Positions 1 through 9,848 are shown, counted from the stretch's first letter. The stretch is 64,000 nt of DNA from an uncultured virus (IMG/VR IMGVR_UViG_3300032220_001739) (IMGVR_UViG_3300032220_001739); one strand, 5' to 3'. The notes: a model not told the origin generated them from the letters alone. Numbers and translations: made by a program.

Positions 1-1
1 C

Positions 2-613
2 ATAGCTGGTGATTTCTGGATGCCCAAGAGGAATCTGGTTGATTTCAAGGGTGTGAAATTTGGTAAAGTTAGCGGGTTTTTCAATTGCTCAGATAACTCA
101 CTAACTTCCCTAGTGGGAGCACCACAATCAGTGGACAAGTTTTTCAATTGCTCAGATAACTCTCTCACTTCACTAGAGGGAGCACCGCAGGAAGTGGGTG
201 CTAGTTTCGATTGCTCTGATAACTCTCTCACATCCCTCGAGGGAGCACCACAGTGGGTGGGCGGTCGCTTTGATTGCCGAGATAACTCACTTACCTCTCT
301 AAAAGGTGGACCTAAAAGAGTGGGTTACGATTTCGAGTGCGAAAGGAACTCTCTCGCTTCCCTGGAGGGAGCACCTCAGTGGGTAGGTGGTGATTTAAAT
401 TTCAAGGATAATATTCTCTCCGAGAGATCTATTAAAACTATCCTCAAAGAAATGTTCAGCAAGATAATTCCGCTAGAACAAGCTGTGACTAATAAATGGA
501 GGTATATCCCGAAAGAGGATAAACTATACCTTGCCAAGCACCATCCCGATTTATCACAGGAAAAGAAGGCGGAGTATGAAGCACTAGGAAGGTTTAAAAG
601 AAGAGTTATATAG
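2..613 (+). CDS. 22-aa LRR-like repeat protein (5'-truncated by the window edge)
   Basis: Tandem FxCSxNSLTSLEGAPQxVGx repeats. The frame is open upstream of the ATG at 20 (IAGDFW) and aligns with the paralogues at 618 and 5886. Confidence 0.85.
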   Translation: MAGDFWMPKRNLVDFKGVKFGKVSGFFNCSDNSLTSLVGAPQSVDKFFNCSDNSLTSLEGAPQEVGASFDCSDNSLTSLEGAPQWVGGRFDCRDNSLTSLKGGPKRVGYDFECERNSLASLEGAPQWVGGDLNFKDNILSERSIKTILKEMFSKIIPLEQAVTNKWRYIPKEDKLYLAKHHPDLSQEKKAEYEALGRFKRRVI

Positions 614-617
614 AGGT

Positions 618-1421
618 ATGAGGCACATAAAGGAATTCAGCCAACTATTCGAGAGCCAGCAAGAGTTGACACAGGAGCAGATAGATTGGCTTGACGACTG
701 TGTAAGCGGCAGATGGCAAATTAATCCACAGACAGGACTTGTTGACATAGAAGGAGATTTCGAAATCTACGATTTAGATGCTCCGAATTTTAATGGTGTG
801 AGATTTGGTGATATTGTCGGTGATTTCAGATGCTCTCGTAGCTCACTCAATTCTCTAGAGGGAGCACCACAGAGCGTGAGTGGCAATTTTTACTGCTCAC
901 ATAACTTGCTCACATCGCTAAAGGGAGCACCTCAGTCAGTGGGTGGAAATTTCTCCTGCTCCAATAACTCTATCACCTCCCTCGAGGGTGGTCCGCAGAG
1001 TGTGGGATATATTTACCAATGCGACCATAATTCCCTCACCTCACTCGAGGGAGCACCACAAGAAATTGGATGGAGTTTCGATTGTAGCTATAACAAGCTC
1101 ACGTCACTAGAGGGAGCACCTCTTAGTATTGGTGGTGATTTTGATTGCTCTCACAATAACATCTCCTCCCTAGAGGGAGCGCCACAGGCAGTTGGCAGAG
1201 TAACCTATTGTTACACAAATCCTATTGGACATAAGGCTTTTAAAGGTGTTATTTATAAAATGAGCAATCAGCAGATCCCGCTGGAGCAGGCAGTGGTAAA
1301 GGAATGGAGATACACTCCAGAGGAGGATAGGATATACTTGGCTAAGCATAATCCGAAGCTATCACCAGAGGAGAGGAAAGAATACGAGGCACTTGCCAGG
1401 TACAAGGGAAGAGTTATATAG
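618..1421 (+). CDS. 22-aa LRR-like repeat protein, probable virion-packaged protein
   Basis: About 6 LTSLEGAPQ repeats, N-terminal MRHIKEFSQLFES leader, C-terminal RYKGRVI. Confidence 0.85.
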   Translation: MRHIKEFSQLFESQQELTQEQIDWLDDCVSGRWQINPQTGLVDIEGDFEIYDLDAPNFNGVRFGDIVGDFRCSRSSLNSLEGAPQSVSGNFYCSHNLLTSLKGAPQSVGGNFSCSNNSITSLEGGPQSVGYIYQCDHNSLTSLEGAPQEIGWSFDCSYNKLTSLEGAPLSIGGDFDCSHNNISSLEGAPQAVGRVTYCYTNPIGHKAFKGVIYKMSNQQIPLEQAVVKEWRYTPEEDRIYLAKHNPKLSPEERKEYEALARYKGRVI

Positions 1422-1442
1422 AACCGCTTAAAGAGTAATCCC

Positions 1443-1955
1443 TTAGATCAACTGCGATCCACTTCCTTTTTTGGTTCCCTTTGGTACATTTCCTGTTAGA
1501 TCACCCCATTCAAAAATCACGTCTCCGTCTGTGGTCATATAGACAGATTTAGACTCGCTAGGCGTGTTGTAGATTTCCATTGTGCACCATTTATCTGGCT
1601 CTTGTCTGTAGCTTATAGAAACACCCGACCCGTAGTATGGGTTATCAAAAGCTTTAATGGCTTTCTCTGGCAGAATGTAATGAATGGTTTGTAGTATGCC
1701 ATCCGACCATTTCATGATCTGATATGCTTTACTGTCACCAGATTTAACCAGATCTAGAGCTTCACTTCTAAGGGCTCTTTCTTCTTCCTGATTTTCCGTT
1801 TCCTTCATCTTCAATTCAGTGCCGGTTTTTCCAATTAGGCTGGCTAATTGTTTTGAGGCTTCAACCATTCTAGGTGTTTTGTTTCTCATCTTGTTATCCG
1901 TTGAGCTATCTGTGTCCATTTCAAATAGCTGCTTAAAGCTTTTTAGTGTTTTCAT
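1443..1955 (-). CDS. hypothetical late protein
   Basis: 170 aa, leader MKTLKSFKQLFE, GATATATA box 5 nt upstream. Confidence 0.75.
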   Translation of the reverse strand: MKTLKSFKQLFEMDTDSSTDNKMRNKTPRMVEASKQLASLIGKTGTELKMKETENQEEERALRSEALDLVKSGDSKAYQIMKWSDGILQTIHYILPEKAIKAFDNPYYGSGVSISYRQEPDKWCTMEIYNTPSESKSVYMTTDGDVIFEWGDLTGNVPKGTKKGSGSQLI

Positions 1956-2012
1956 GTCTTTATATATCCATTCTTATAAAAATTAAGTACATAGAAGGTG
2001 ATATATAGAGAT

Positions 2013-3008
2013 ATGAAACATATTAGGATATTTGAATCCTCTTCAGAGAAATTATACCACGGTAACAGGAAAGGTGATTTCCCGCCGTCTAGGAAGAGAT
2101 TCGCCGGTGCTATATTCCTAACATCTAGTTTGGACTTTGCAAAGGATTTTGCAGGATTTAACGATGGTGATGAGTTTCCAGATGGTGCAGTATGGGAGGT
2201 TGAATTAAAAGAACCACTGAATCTCTGCAATCCAATGGAAACCGAAACGATGATTGAGCTGAATCTAAAGGAGATCCTCCAAAAGATGATCGACGATAAG
2301 TATGTTGATGAAGCAAGCGGGACAAAGTTTAATGAGGTCGGAGGTTCTGGTTTTAAAGGATACGACCCACATGAAGACAGAGAGTTTGACTTGAAAGATA
2401 AATCAGAGAGTGTCTATTTTTATCTATGGAGAATAAAGAATGGAGCTTGGAGAATAATCGAGTGCAACCCGGTTATTGAGAGGATCAAGGAATCTGGATT
2501 TGATGGGTTCTATATAGTGGAGAGAGGAGCTAAAAACGTGGCGATCTTTGACGAGAAGTCTATAAAAAAATTTGAAAAGATTCTAGACCACAAGGAATTA
2601 ACACCAGACAAAATTAGCGAATCCCATTTATACGCTGGGAGCAGGTCAGACAGCATGAGACACATTAAGAAATTTGAGTCTCTATTTCGAGGCAGCACAA
2701 ACGAGAACGAGTCCTGGACAGGTGATCTATATGATGGTAAGATAACATTCGAATTCAGTTATAAGGATTTGGGTTTGGATAAACTCACAGAGGATTTTCA
2801 TAAGAAGAGCGGAATCCCCAGAGAGTACATATTGAACGAGCTTATCTATTTTATAGAGATGGATGCGGAGGGAGATGATTTAGCAGATAGTATAGCGGAC
2901 TATCAAAAAGACAGGCTGGGACTAATAAAGGACAATTGGGGATCGCTGGACAAGGAAGAGCAGGAGGAGTTCATAGTCAAGGATAGATTTAGAAAAAGAT
3001 TAATATAA
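2013..3008 (+). CDS. ADP-ribosyltransferase-fold (ART-PolyVal-like) protein fused to an acidic C-terminal domain
   Basis: LYHGN...AIFLTSS..FAKDFA...VWEVEL and GFDG...NVAIFD motifs. Start placed at MKHIRIFES. A second leader (MRHIKKFES) sits in frame at 2655. Confidence 0.65.
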   Translation: MKHIRIFESSSEKLYHGNRKGDFPPSRKRFAGAIFLTSSLDFAKDFAGFNDGDEFPDGAVWEVELKEPLNLCNPMETETMIELNLKEILQKMIDDKYVDEASGTKFNEVGGSGFKGYDPHEDREFDLKDKSESVYFYLWRIKNGAWRIIECNPVIERIKESGFDGFYIVERGAKNVAIFDEKSIKKFEKILDHKELTPDKISESHLYAGSRSDSMRHIKKFESLFRGSTNENESWTGDLYDGKITFEFSYKDLGLDKLTEDFHKKSGIPREYILNELIYFIEMDAEGDDLADSIADYQKDRLGLIKDNWGSLDKEEQEEFIVKDRFRKRLI

Positions 3009-3017
3009 TTCATAGAA

Positions 3018-4436
3018 ATGGAAACAAGAAGAATAAAAGATTACCCGGAATTCATTAAATCAATCAGAATAAACGAGGCACTCAGTGTGGGATCTGGTGA
3101 ATTCTCGCCTTTCACAGTGGGAATGCTAAACTGGTGTGGTTTTGAAAAAAATGGTTATGCAGATTCAAAATCTCCATTTGCAGAAACAGGAACATATGAC
3201 CTTGTTTTTGACGTGAAAAACGCGATGACGAGCGAGATGGGAAAATATGGTATCTACACTAGTGTCTCACCACAAGACGGAGAATGTGTGTTTCAGGTCA
3301 TAGTGCAAGGTGACTACCTAAAGGGTTTGATTACAGGATCACAGAAGAAAAAATTTAGAGGGCCAAAGGCTAAAATACTGGGCGATATCTTATCAAAATT
3401 AAGAGAGAGCAGCGGGGGAGCTTACCACGAAAGCCCTTTGTCGGGTGATAAAAAAGATGGGTTTTACAAGTTCATCTATAAGATTAGTATGGAAGAACTA
3501 ATTGAGATTATTCCGATTTGGTCTGATTTTATGAGCTACATTGGATACGCTCCGAAGAGTGAGATGAAAGCTAACAAGTCGGAAGAAGGAAGTTATTTCG
3601 GTCCTGGTATCATGGAAATTTTCCGGGAGCAATGGAAGATAAATAACCCAAATCTAAAGAGGCTAGAATTTATTTTTCCGAAAGACTGGGACGAGTACGC
3701 TGCTCTTCAATGGGCTAAAGAAGGTGGACTACTCGCCCCTGTCTTCACGTCAATAAGAGAGGGGATCGAGTATATGAAATCCCTTGAGGGTATTAAATTC
3801 GACGAGGTTCTGGTGGGATCTCATGGTTCCGATAGTGCGGCATATTCAGATATGGTAGGAGCAATAGTAGATCCAGGTGATTCAGATGCTGAAGTTCAGG
3901 AGGTCACAGAATTTCTAAAGCAACTGGCTAAAATGGTAAGAGAAGATAGCATTGTATATTTCACTTCCTGCAATGCAGGGAATAAAAAGAATAGACTTGT
4001 TAGGGTAGCTGAAATTATAGGATGCACAGTTTATGGATCCGAGGGGGTTAATTACCTAGGTTTTAATTCAGAGAAAGGTAAATTCTGGATGGCTAAGAAA
4101 GATGGCACTTTTGAGCTAGCAGGGGATAAACCTCCTTTCGTTATGGAATTTAGCGAGGGATCCTTCCTAAGCGGTATATCAATGAAAGCTCAATCCATGA
4201 CATATGAACAGATGAATAGAATCAGAGATTTTGCTAAATCCGTATCAGCCGAATGGGAAAAATTCGAAAAGAATCGATGGGGATATGTGCTAGACCCGTG
4301 TACTGAATACATAGAAAAAAAGGTCGAATCATTGAAAAAAAATGCAGAGGACTTATACAACCAGGCCGGGAAGGCGATATCGGACACATACAACCAGGCC
4401 GGGAAGGCGATATCGGATATATGGAACTCCTGGTGA
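3018..4436 (+). CDS. protein with a caspase/hemoglobinase-fold (DUF4347-like) putative cysteine peptidase domain
   Basis: VGSHGS ... YFTSCNAG His/Cys dyad pattern in the C-terminal half; leader ends in INE. Confidence 0.5.
   Translation: METRRIKDYPEFIKSIRINEALSVGSGEFSPFTVGMLNWCGFEKNGYADSKSPFAETGTYDLVFDVKNAMTSEMGKYGIYTSVSPQDGECVFQVIVQGDYLKGLITGSQKKKFRGPKAKILGDILSKLRESSGGAYHESPLSGDKKDGFYKFIYKISMEELIEIIPIWSDFMSYIGYAPKSEMKANKSEEGSYFGPGIMEIFREQWKINNPNLKRLEFIFPKDWDEYAALQWAKEGGLLAPVFTSIREGIEYMKSLEGIKFDEVLVGSHGSDSAAYSDMVGAIVDPGDSDAEVQEVTEFLKQLAKMVREDSIVYFTSCNAGNKKNRLVRVAEIIGCTVYGSEGVNYLGFNSEKGKFWMAKKDGTFELAGDKPPFVMEFSEGSFLSGISMKAQSMTYEQMNRIRDFAKSVSAEWEKFEKNRWGYVLDPCTEYIEKKVESLKKNAEDLYNQAGKAISDTYNQAGKAISDIWNSW
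4355..4417 (+). repeat. perfect 30-bp direct repeat x2 (33-nt period), in frame (YNQAGKAISD)
   Basis: ATACAACCAGGCCGGGAAGGCGATATCGGA at 4355-4384 and 4388-4417. Confidence 0.95.
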
Positions 4437-4467
4437 TCTAGCTCCGATATATAAATAGAAACAACAA

Positions 4468-5889
4468 ATGTCAAATCCCAGAATAAAAGACTTCAGAAGC
4501 TGGAAATCCCTAAACGAGGGATATTCCTTTAATTTCGATCCCAATGCTAGTTACCCAGATCCAGATTTCGGTCTTCAGAGTGGCAGTATAGATAGTGGAA
4601 AGGTAAACTATGGTGGTGACGGTAATAACTGGGGTGGTTCCATGGAAAGAGCATTAGCATTTGCCAAGATAGCAAATGACTTCTCAGGAAAGAATATAAT
4701 AGTGTCTCAGAAAAGATCCAGGGTTAAAACAGCTAAAGGAACTGTCTCAGATCACTACCAGGGTAAGAGTGATGCTTATGCTGTTGATTTAAGCTGTACA
4801 GGAACTAAGGGTGATCAATTACTAGCTCATCTAATGAGCTGGTTCGGCTATCCAAGTTACACAGGTGGATATTGGCTGAATGTTAATAAGGGCGGATATA
4901 GGTACCAGTTTGGATGGAAGGTAAAGGATCACTACGACCACATTCATATAGGTGTTAAAAAGACCGGATCAAAAGACACGCCAACAAATAGTTCAGAGAT
5001 TGTTAAGCCATATCCTGGCAAATCAACAGAAATGCAGGATGGCAGTGTCATCTACAAAGAGGAGAGAGGCGATCCATATGAGTACAAATTAATAGATGGC
5101 ATATGGTGGACTAAAGGTCCAAGAATTCCAGAGTGGAAATCACTGGAGGACAATAAAGAGGCCAACGATATATTGGATTCTAGATATGGTGTGAGGACAG
5201 AAGAGCAGATCAGAAAGAATAACGAGTTCTATAAAAGAGAGCCTGAGAAATATGGGATTCTAGGTAATCTTTTCAATAAGGAAAAAAGAGAAAATTATAT
5301 TCCAGGAAAGAATTCCACAATAAGTGTTCCTAAGAATATAGATGGACCAGTTTCGGTCTTGATTTTTTATCCCGGTATAAAAGTAAACGGGCAAACTGGT
5401 AAATCTTATATGCCTCCTCTTATAAAAGAGGCAGTTCCGGATTGGTATGACAAATATGTTATAGTTATTCCAAATGAACACACAACAAAGTGGAAGGATG
5501 TTATCAGCGATGTGTCAGATGCTCTACTGGATAACAATATGTTTAGTAAAAGCACATCAATAGGCATATTCTCAGGTAGCGGAAACAACAGGAGCTCTGG
5601 TATTGTTGACGAATTGATTGATATAAAGCCAGCAAATTTGCTGCTAATGGATCCCACACCAGGATCTGATTTAACTGAAGCTGTTGAAAAGCTAGGCAGC
5701 AAGACACAAACTCTAATGATGTATAATCCATCTGCTTGGACAGGTTATAAATGGTATCCTAAGTCAATAGAGAAACTAAAAGACGCAGTTACTGCAGTCG
5801 GTGTATGTGAAAAGACATCCACTCCACATATGGAAATACCTATTGAATTTCTTAAAAAATTCAGGACCCAGATAGAGAAGAACATATGA
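4468..5889 (+). CDS. Zn peptidoglycan peptidase (M15/Hedgehog-like fold) fused to an alpha/beta-hydrolase-like domain
   Basis: SDH...AVD...HYDHIHIG Zn-ligand pattern; the C-terminal half has IFSGSG, LMDP and a late His. Confidence 0.55.
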   Translation: MSNPRIKDFRSWKSLNEGYSFNFDPNASYPDPDFGLQSGSIDSGKVNYGGDGNNWGGSMERALAFAKIANDFSGKNIIVSQKRSRVKTAKGTVSDHYQGKSDAYAVDLSCTGTKGDQLLAHLMSWFGYPSYTGGYWLNVNKGGYRYQFGWKVKDHYDHIHIGVKKTGSKDTPTNSSEIVKPYPGKSTEMQDGSVIYKEERGDPYEYKLIDGIWWTKGPRIPEWKSLEDNKEANDILDSRYGVRTEEQIRKNNEFYKREPEKYGILGNLFNKEKRENYIPGKNSTISVPKNIDGPVSVLIFYPGIKVNGQTGKSYMPPLIKEAVPDWYDKYVIVIPNEHTTKWKDVISDVSDALLDNNMFSKSTSIGIFSGSGNNRSSGIVDELIDIKPANLLLMDPTPGSDLTEAVEKLGSKTQTLMMYNPSAWTGYKWYPKSIEKLKDAVTAVGVCEKTSTPHMEIPIEFLKKFRTQIEKNI

Positions 5890-6815
5890 TGCACATAAAA
5901 GGATTCCGCCAACTTTTTGAGGACTCCGAGAAGCTTACACAGGAGCAGGTAACCTGGCTTGATAAGTGCACTCAGGGGAATTGGACCCTTAATGAAGAGA
6001 CAGGCGAGGTTGATATAAAGGGAGATTTTAATTGTCAAGGGCAGGACTTATCTGACTTTAAGGGAGTAATATTCGGCTATGTGACTGGTAGTTTCAACTG
6101 TTCCTTTAATGAACTAACATCACTGGAGGGAGCACCCTATAGAGTAAATTCTTATTTCGACTGTAAGAAAAACCAGCTTACTTCATTGGAAGGTCTTCCC
6201 GAGGGGTTTCAAGTTGGTGGTTTTAGTTGCCGCCATAACTGGATAACCACACTCAAGGGTGCTCCACAGGAGGTGTTCCTGAACTTTGATTGTGCTGGCA
6301 ATGATCTGAGATCTTTAGAATATGCTCCACAGAAGGTTCAATCTTTTAACTGCCACGGAAATGAGCTCACCTCTCTAAAGGGAGCACCACAGAGCATGAG
6401 CGGTAATTTCACATGCTTCAGCAATAGGTTAACCTCTTTAGAGGGTGCACCTAAAAAAGTGGGTGGGGAATTCGATTGCTTCAATAACAAGCTAACCTCA
6501 TTAAAGGGAGCACCGCAGGAAATTGGCTGGGATTTCAATTGCTCTGATAATGATATCTCGTCTCTAGAGGGAGCACCACTAAGTATAGGGGGTGATATTG
6601 ATTCCGGTGGTAACGCGATATCTGAAGAGATAATGGAGTTTGTTCTTTCTAAAATTGGAAAGGAAGGGGCTAGTCTAGGGCAGGCCGTTAGCAAATGTTG
6701 GGAATCTATGAGTGAAGAAGATAGAATTTATCTAGCTAAAGACAACCCAGATCTCTCACCAGAGGAAAGAAGAGGCTACGAGGCATTGAGCAGGTACAAG
6801 ACAAGAGTCATATAG
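5886..6815 (+). CDS. 22-aa LRR-like repeat protein
   Basis: About 8 LTSLxGAP repeats; N- and C-caps align with 618..1421; C-terminal RYKTRVI. Confidence 0.85.
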   Translation: MMHIKGFRQLFEDSEKLTQEQVTWLDKCTQGNWTLNEETGEVDIKGDFNCQGQDLSDFKGVIFGYVTGSFNCSFNELTSLEGAPYRVNSYFDCKKNQLTSLEGLPEGFQVGGFSCRHNWITTLKGAPQEVFLNFDCAGNDLRSLEYAPQKVQSFNCHGNELTSLKGAPQSMSGNFTCFSNRLTSLEGAPKKVGGEFDCFNNKLTSLKGAPQEIGWDFNCSDNDISSLEGAPLSIGGDIDSGGNAISEEIMEFVLSKIGKEGASLGQAVSKCWESMSEEDRIYLAKDNPDLSPEERRGYEALSRYKTRVI

Positions 6816-6851
6816 TGTTTAAGTAAGCACAGAAATATAATTGGGTGATAA

Positions 6852-7292
6852 TTAAATAACCCTTCTGTTGTGCCTAGCTTTCACTAGATAAAAATTGACC
6901 ATATCCTCTATGTCCTCATTTGTTATGACATCAGGGTCCATGTGAAAAATTATCCTATAGGGATTTCTTGAAAATCTCCACCCGTCAAGATTATCAGAGA
7001 ATATCTCGGTGGCTAGATCCGTGTATATGTTCATCATAACCTCTGATATGTTATTCGGCAAATGACCACCGTAAGAGTCTACCTTATATTCAATCTCAAA
7101 ATCATCAGGATAAGGATCTGTAGCTGTTTCTTCAACGACCAAGTTATACTTCCGGAATATTGCCTTGATATCCGCTTCTGCTTTTTCTAGAAGATAGTTT
7201 ACAGCCTCCTCCAGAGCTTTGAAGGACTTATTAGGATCTATCTTATAGGTCTCTTCTTTCCCTGCTTCGTCTATTCTTCTAATGTACTTCAT
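6852..7292 (-). CDS. hypothetical late protein
   Basis: Leader MKYIRRIDE; C-terminal RHNRRVI. Confidence 0.75.
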   Translation of the reverse strand: MKYIRRIDEAGKEETYKIDPNKSFKALEEAVNYLLEKAEADIKAIFRKYNLVVEETATDPYPDDFEIEYKVDSYGGHLPNNISEVMMNIYTDLATEIFSDNLDGWRFSRNPYRIIFHMDPDVITNEDIEDMVNFYLVKARHNRRVI

Positions 7293-7293
7293 A

Positions 7294-8235
7294 TTAAAGT
7301 ATTCTTGATTTTTGTCTCGTTAGAGCTTTAAATATTTTGAATGTTTCAGGATCTATATCCACTTCCATAGAATCTATTATTCCCGGAACAATATCAGTTC
7401 TATAGAAAATAGACTTATCGTTTCCTCTTTCTAAAAAAAGTCTGGTATAAGCTTCAGGTATCGATATCGATTCAGCCCTTGCTAACTCTGTCATGGCTTT
7501 CTCACCCTCCTGGGAGACTGTTCCTGCAATAGCCATGTTGTTCTCCATTCCCCTATATTCATTATAGTAATTAGGGCCCATTCTTTTAAGCTCATTCAGG
7601 AAAGCCTGATATTTGTCCTTATATACGTCTAAGATTTTTTTGGACCCGTTACCGATCAAATTTCTTATGGAAATCCACCAGAGTCTGGGGTATGAAGAAT
7701 CTGGCTCTTCCTTGTAAAGATTTGCAAAAACAGAAGCAAATGCCTCGTTAGTACCTACAATACCAAAATTACTGAAAACCTGGTCTTTTGATGATTCTCC
7801 CCATTCGTTTTCTTTCCATTTATAATCCACGAATCTAGCATATTCCCTAATAAATCTTCTGAAGTCGTCGGTGCTTTTTATTTCTCTCATCTTGAATGTT
7901 ATGTCCTTAAAGTCTTCAGAATTAAAAAATGCATCCTCCTCTTCATCCTCAACTTCTCCTAGACCCATTAGATCTTTAGCAAGATTTTTGTTGATATCTT
8001 CTTCAGAAATATAATCCAAAAAACCAGGAAATACTGACGAGACGTCTGCATTTGTAAGTCCCCCTCCTATCTCAGAATCTATTAGCTTCAGAGCTTGGTG
8101 AAAATTCTTTGCAGCAACAAGATAAGAGTCCATAAAATCTCCATTCACACTTTCTACGTCCAGGTTCACCTCCCATAGTTTATACCCACCTGGAGATGCA
8201 GATTCAAATAATTTCCATTCAGTAATATACTTCAT
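7294..8235 (-). CDS. hypothetical late protein
   Basis: Leader MKYITEWKLFES; C-terminal RQKSRIL; GATATATA 5 nt upstream. Confidence 0.75.
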   Translation of the reverse strand: MKYITEWKLFESASPGGYKLWEVNLDVESVNGDFMDSYLVAAKNFHQALKLIDSEIGGGLTNADVSSVFPGFLDYISEEDINKNLAKDLMGLGEVEDEEEDAFFNSEDFKDITFKMREIKSTDDFRRFIREYARFVDYKWKENEWGESSKDQVFSNFGIVGTNEAFASVFANLYKEEPDSSYPRLWWISIRNLIGNGSKKILDVYKDKYQAFLNELKRMGPNYYNEYRGMENNMAIAGTVSQEGEKAMTELARAESISIPEAYTRLFLERGNDKSIFYRTDIVPGIIDSMEVDIDPETFKIFKALTRQKSRIL

Positions 8236-8313
8236 GCCCATATATATCCGGAGGGGGATTAAAACAGGGTCTTTTCGGGGGATTAACCCCTATATAAAGA
8301 TATATAGATTCAT

Positions 8314-9210
8314 ATGGCACTAAATAATATATTAAGCTTCTCTGATTTAATTTTAGAATCCGATGGCACAAATAAAGGATTGAATCGGATAAGAGAACAA
8401 ATTCTAAATATGCCATTATTCCTTGTAATACTATCAAGCAGTAATCGAAAAATACTTCCCAAAATTTCAGGGATAAAAAGGGATGCAAATGGCGATTACT
8501 ATTTAAGATTCGAGGACATGATGAATCTGATAAACAGCGACGAATTTAAAGACATAATAGAGGAATTATATGGGCCTATCACAGCAGACAAAGGAAAAAA
8601 TTTATCTGCTGCGGATTACATCTCCCTTAACTTCGACGGACAAACTGTTATACCTGTTTCTGATAACGGGCCATATCTTCTAGTTCAAATATCCGGACAG
8701 CTTAACGCAGCAAGCAGATATCCAATGGGACACAAAATTAAGGTTCGAATTCAGGTATCACCGGACGGGGAAGACTCAAAGTGGAATAAAATAAAAACTG
8801 AGGGATTTCACAAATTACGACAGGGCATCGATGGCCCAAAGTTTTTAGATCCTGAAGTGATCGTAGATTACATATCGGAGGAGTACTTAAAAAATAGGAT
8901 AAAAAATATTGTTTTCGAATCTAGCAGATACGAGAGAGACGTAGTGTTAACTTCGAGACAAGGTAGGGATATTCTAGTTAAGGTGCTGGACGGAAAGATT
9001 GCATCAGTCGAAAACAACTCAGGTATTCGATTTCCGTATAACATAGGACAGCACTGGGATAGAAGTATAGAGACATGGGCTTGCACCAATAAATTTAAAA
9101 TAGACGGTGAGGATCCTTGCCCGGAAGAAAAGATATTTGGAATCAGAAAAAAAGACATTCCTATGGGCCACGAGCTTAGAATGATGTATCCTAGCAAATT
9201 CAGAAAATAA
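8314..9210 (+). CDS. hypothetical late protein
   Basis: 298 aa, leader ILSFSDLILES, GATATATA upstream. Confidence 0.75.
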   Translation: MALNNILSFSDLILESDGTNKGLNRIREQILNMPLFLVILSSSNRKILPKISGIKRDANGDYYLRFEDMMNLINSDEFKDIIEELYGPITADKGKNLSAADYISLNFDGQTVIPVSDNGPYLLVQISGQLNAASRYPMGHKIKVRIQVSPDGEDSKWNKIKTEGFHKLRQGIDGPKFLDPEVIVDYISEEYLKNRIKNIVFESSRYERDVVLTSRQGRDILVKVLDGKIASVENNSGIRFPYNIGQHWDRSIETWACTNKFKIDGEDPCPEEKIFGIRKKDIPMGHELRMMYPSKFRK

Positions 9211-9218
9211 AAAAAGGA

Positions 9219-9812
9219 ATGAGAAATAGAATATTAAAATTTTCGGAATTATTTGAGAATTCCAATACATCCGACATACCCGGTGAAATATCTGTTTATG
9301 ACTTCTGCTCAAAGATAGGATTCCAGAATGAGGATTGTGAGATTATCTCTGAATGGTGGAGCAGAATGAGACCTAATATAAGACTTCATTATTTTCCGTT
9401 TAGAAGTCCACATCCCATAGCTGGAGTTTTTCTTAGTGGTGATGATGTTGCTATAAATTCTAAACTAAACATGCCAAAAGAGATGAAATTGTTTCTCTCT
9501 CTTCACGAGAGCAAGCATGCAGATCAGCATAAGGAGGGAGATTTTGATGAGGTGTACTTCAAACCTGTACTAGATGGAGACATGGATTCCTTCGTTAGAG
9601 GGTACAACGAGACAGAAAGGGAAGCTAACGATTTTGCAATTGCATGTATGGTAGATCTTGGGTTTGAAAGATTTATAGAAATGCAGGAGAGGAATCTAAG
9701 AGGAAATGAATTAGCTGGTAGACAAGTCTATAAGATGATGCAAGACGACATAGTCGAGCATAAATCTGATTCTTTTGTGGATCTAATCAGATCCCAGATC
9801 CTACCTGACTAA
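9219..9812 (+). CDS. zincin-type metallopeptidase (ImmA/IrrE-like)
   Basis: LHESKH (HExxH) plus downstream EREANDFA. Confidence 0.65.
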   Translation: MRNRILKFSELFENSNTSDIPGEISVYDFCSKIGFQNEDCEIISEWWSRMRPNIRLHYFPFRSPHPIAGVFLSGDDVAINSKLNMPKEMKLFLSLHESKHADQHKEGDFDEVYFKPVLDGDMDSFVRGYNETEREANDFAIACMVDLGFERFIEMQERNLRGNELAGRQVYKMMQDDIVEHKSDSFVDLIRSQILPD

Positions 9813-9848
9813 AGGGAACAAAACCAATCACTTTCTCTATTATTGGTG

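Noticed and set aside
4355..4417. Regulatory or mobile-element repeat
   Set aside because: It is an in-frame 33-nt tandem duplication that extends an amphipathic C-terminal helix.
2..6815. Diversity-generating retroelement targeting the repeat proteins or Mtd-like fibres
   Set aside because: I saw no reverse transcriptase and no template/variable repeat pair differing only at adenines. Only the Mtd N-terminal domain is recognisable.
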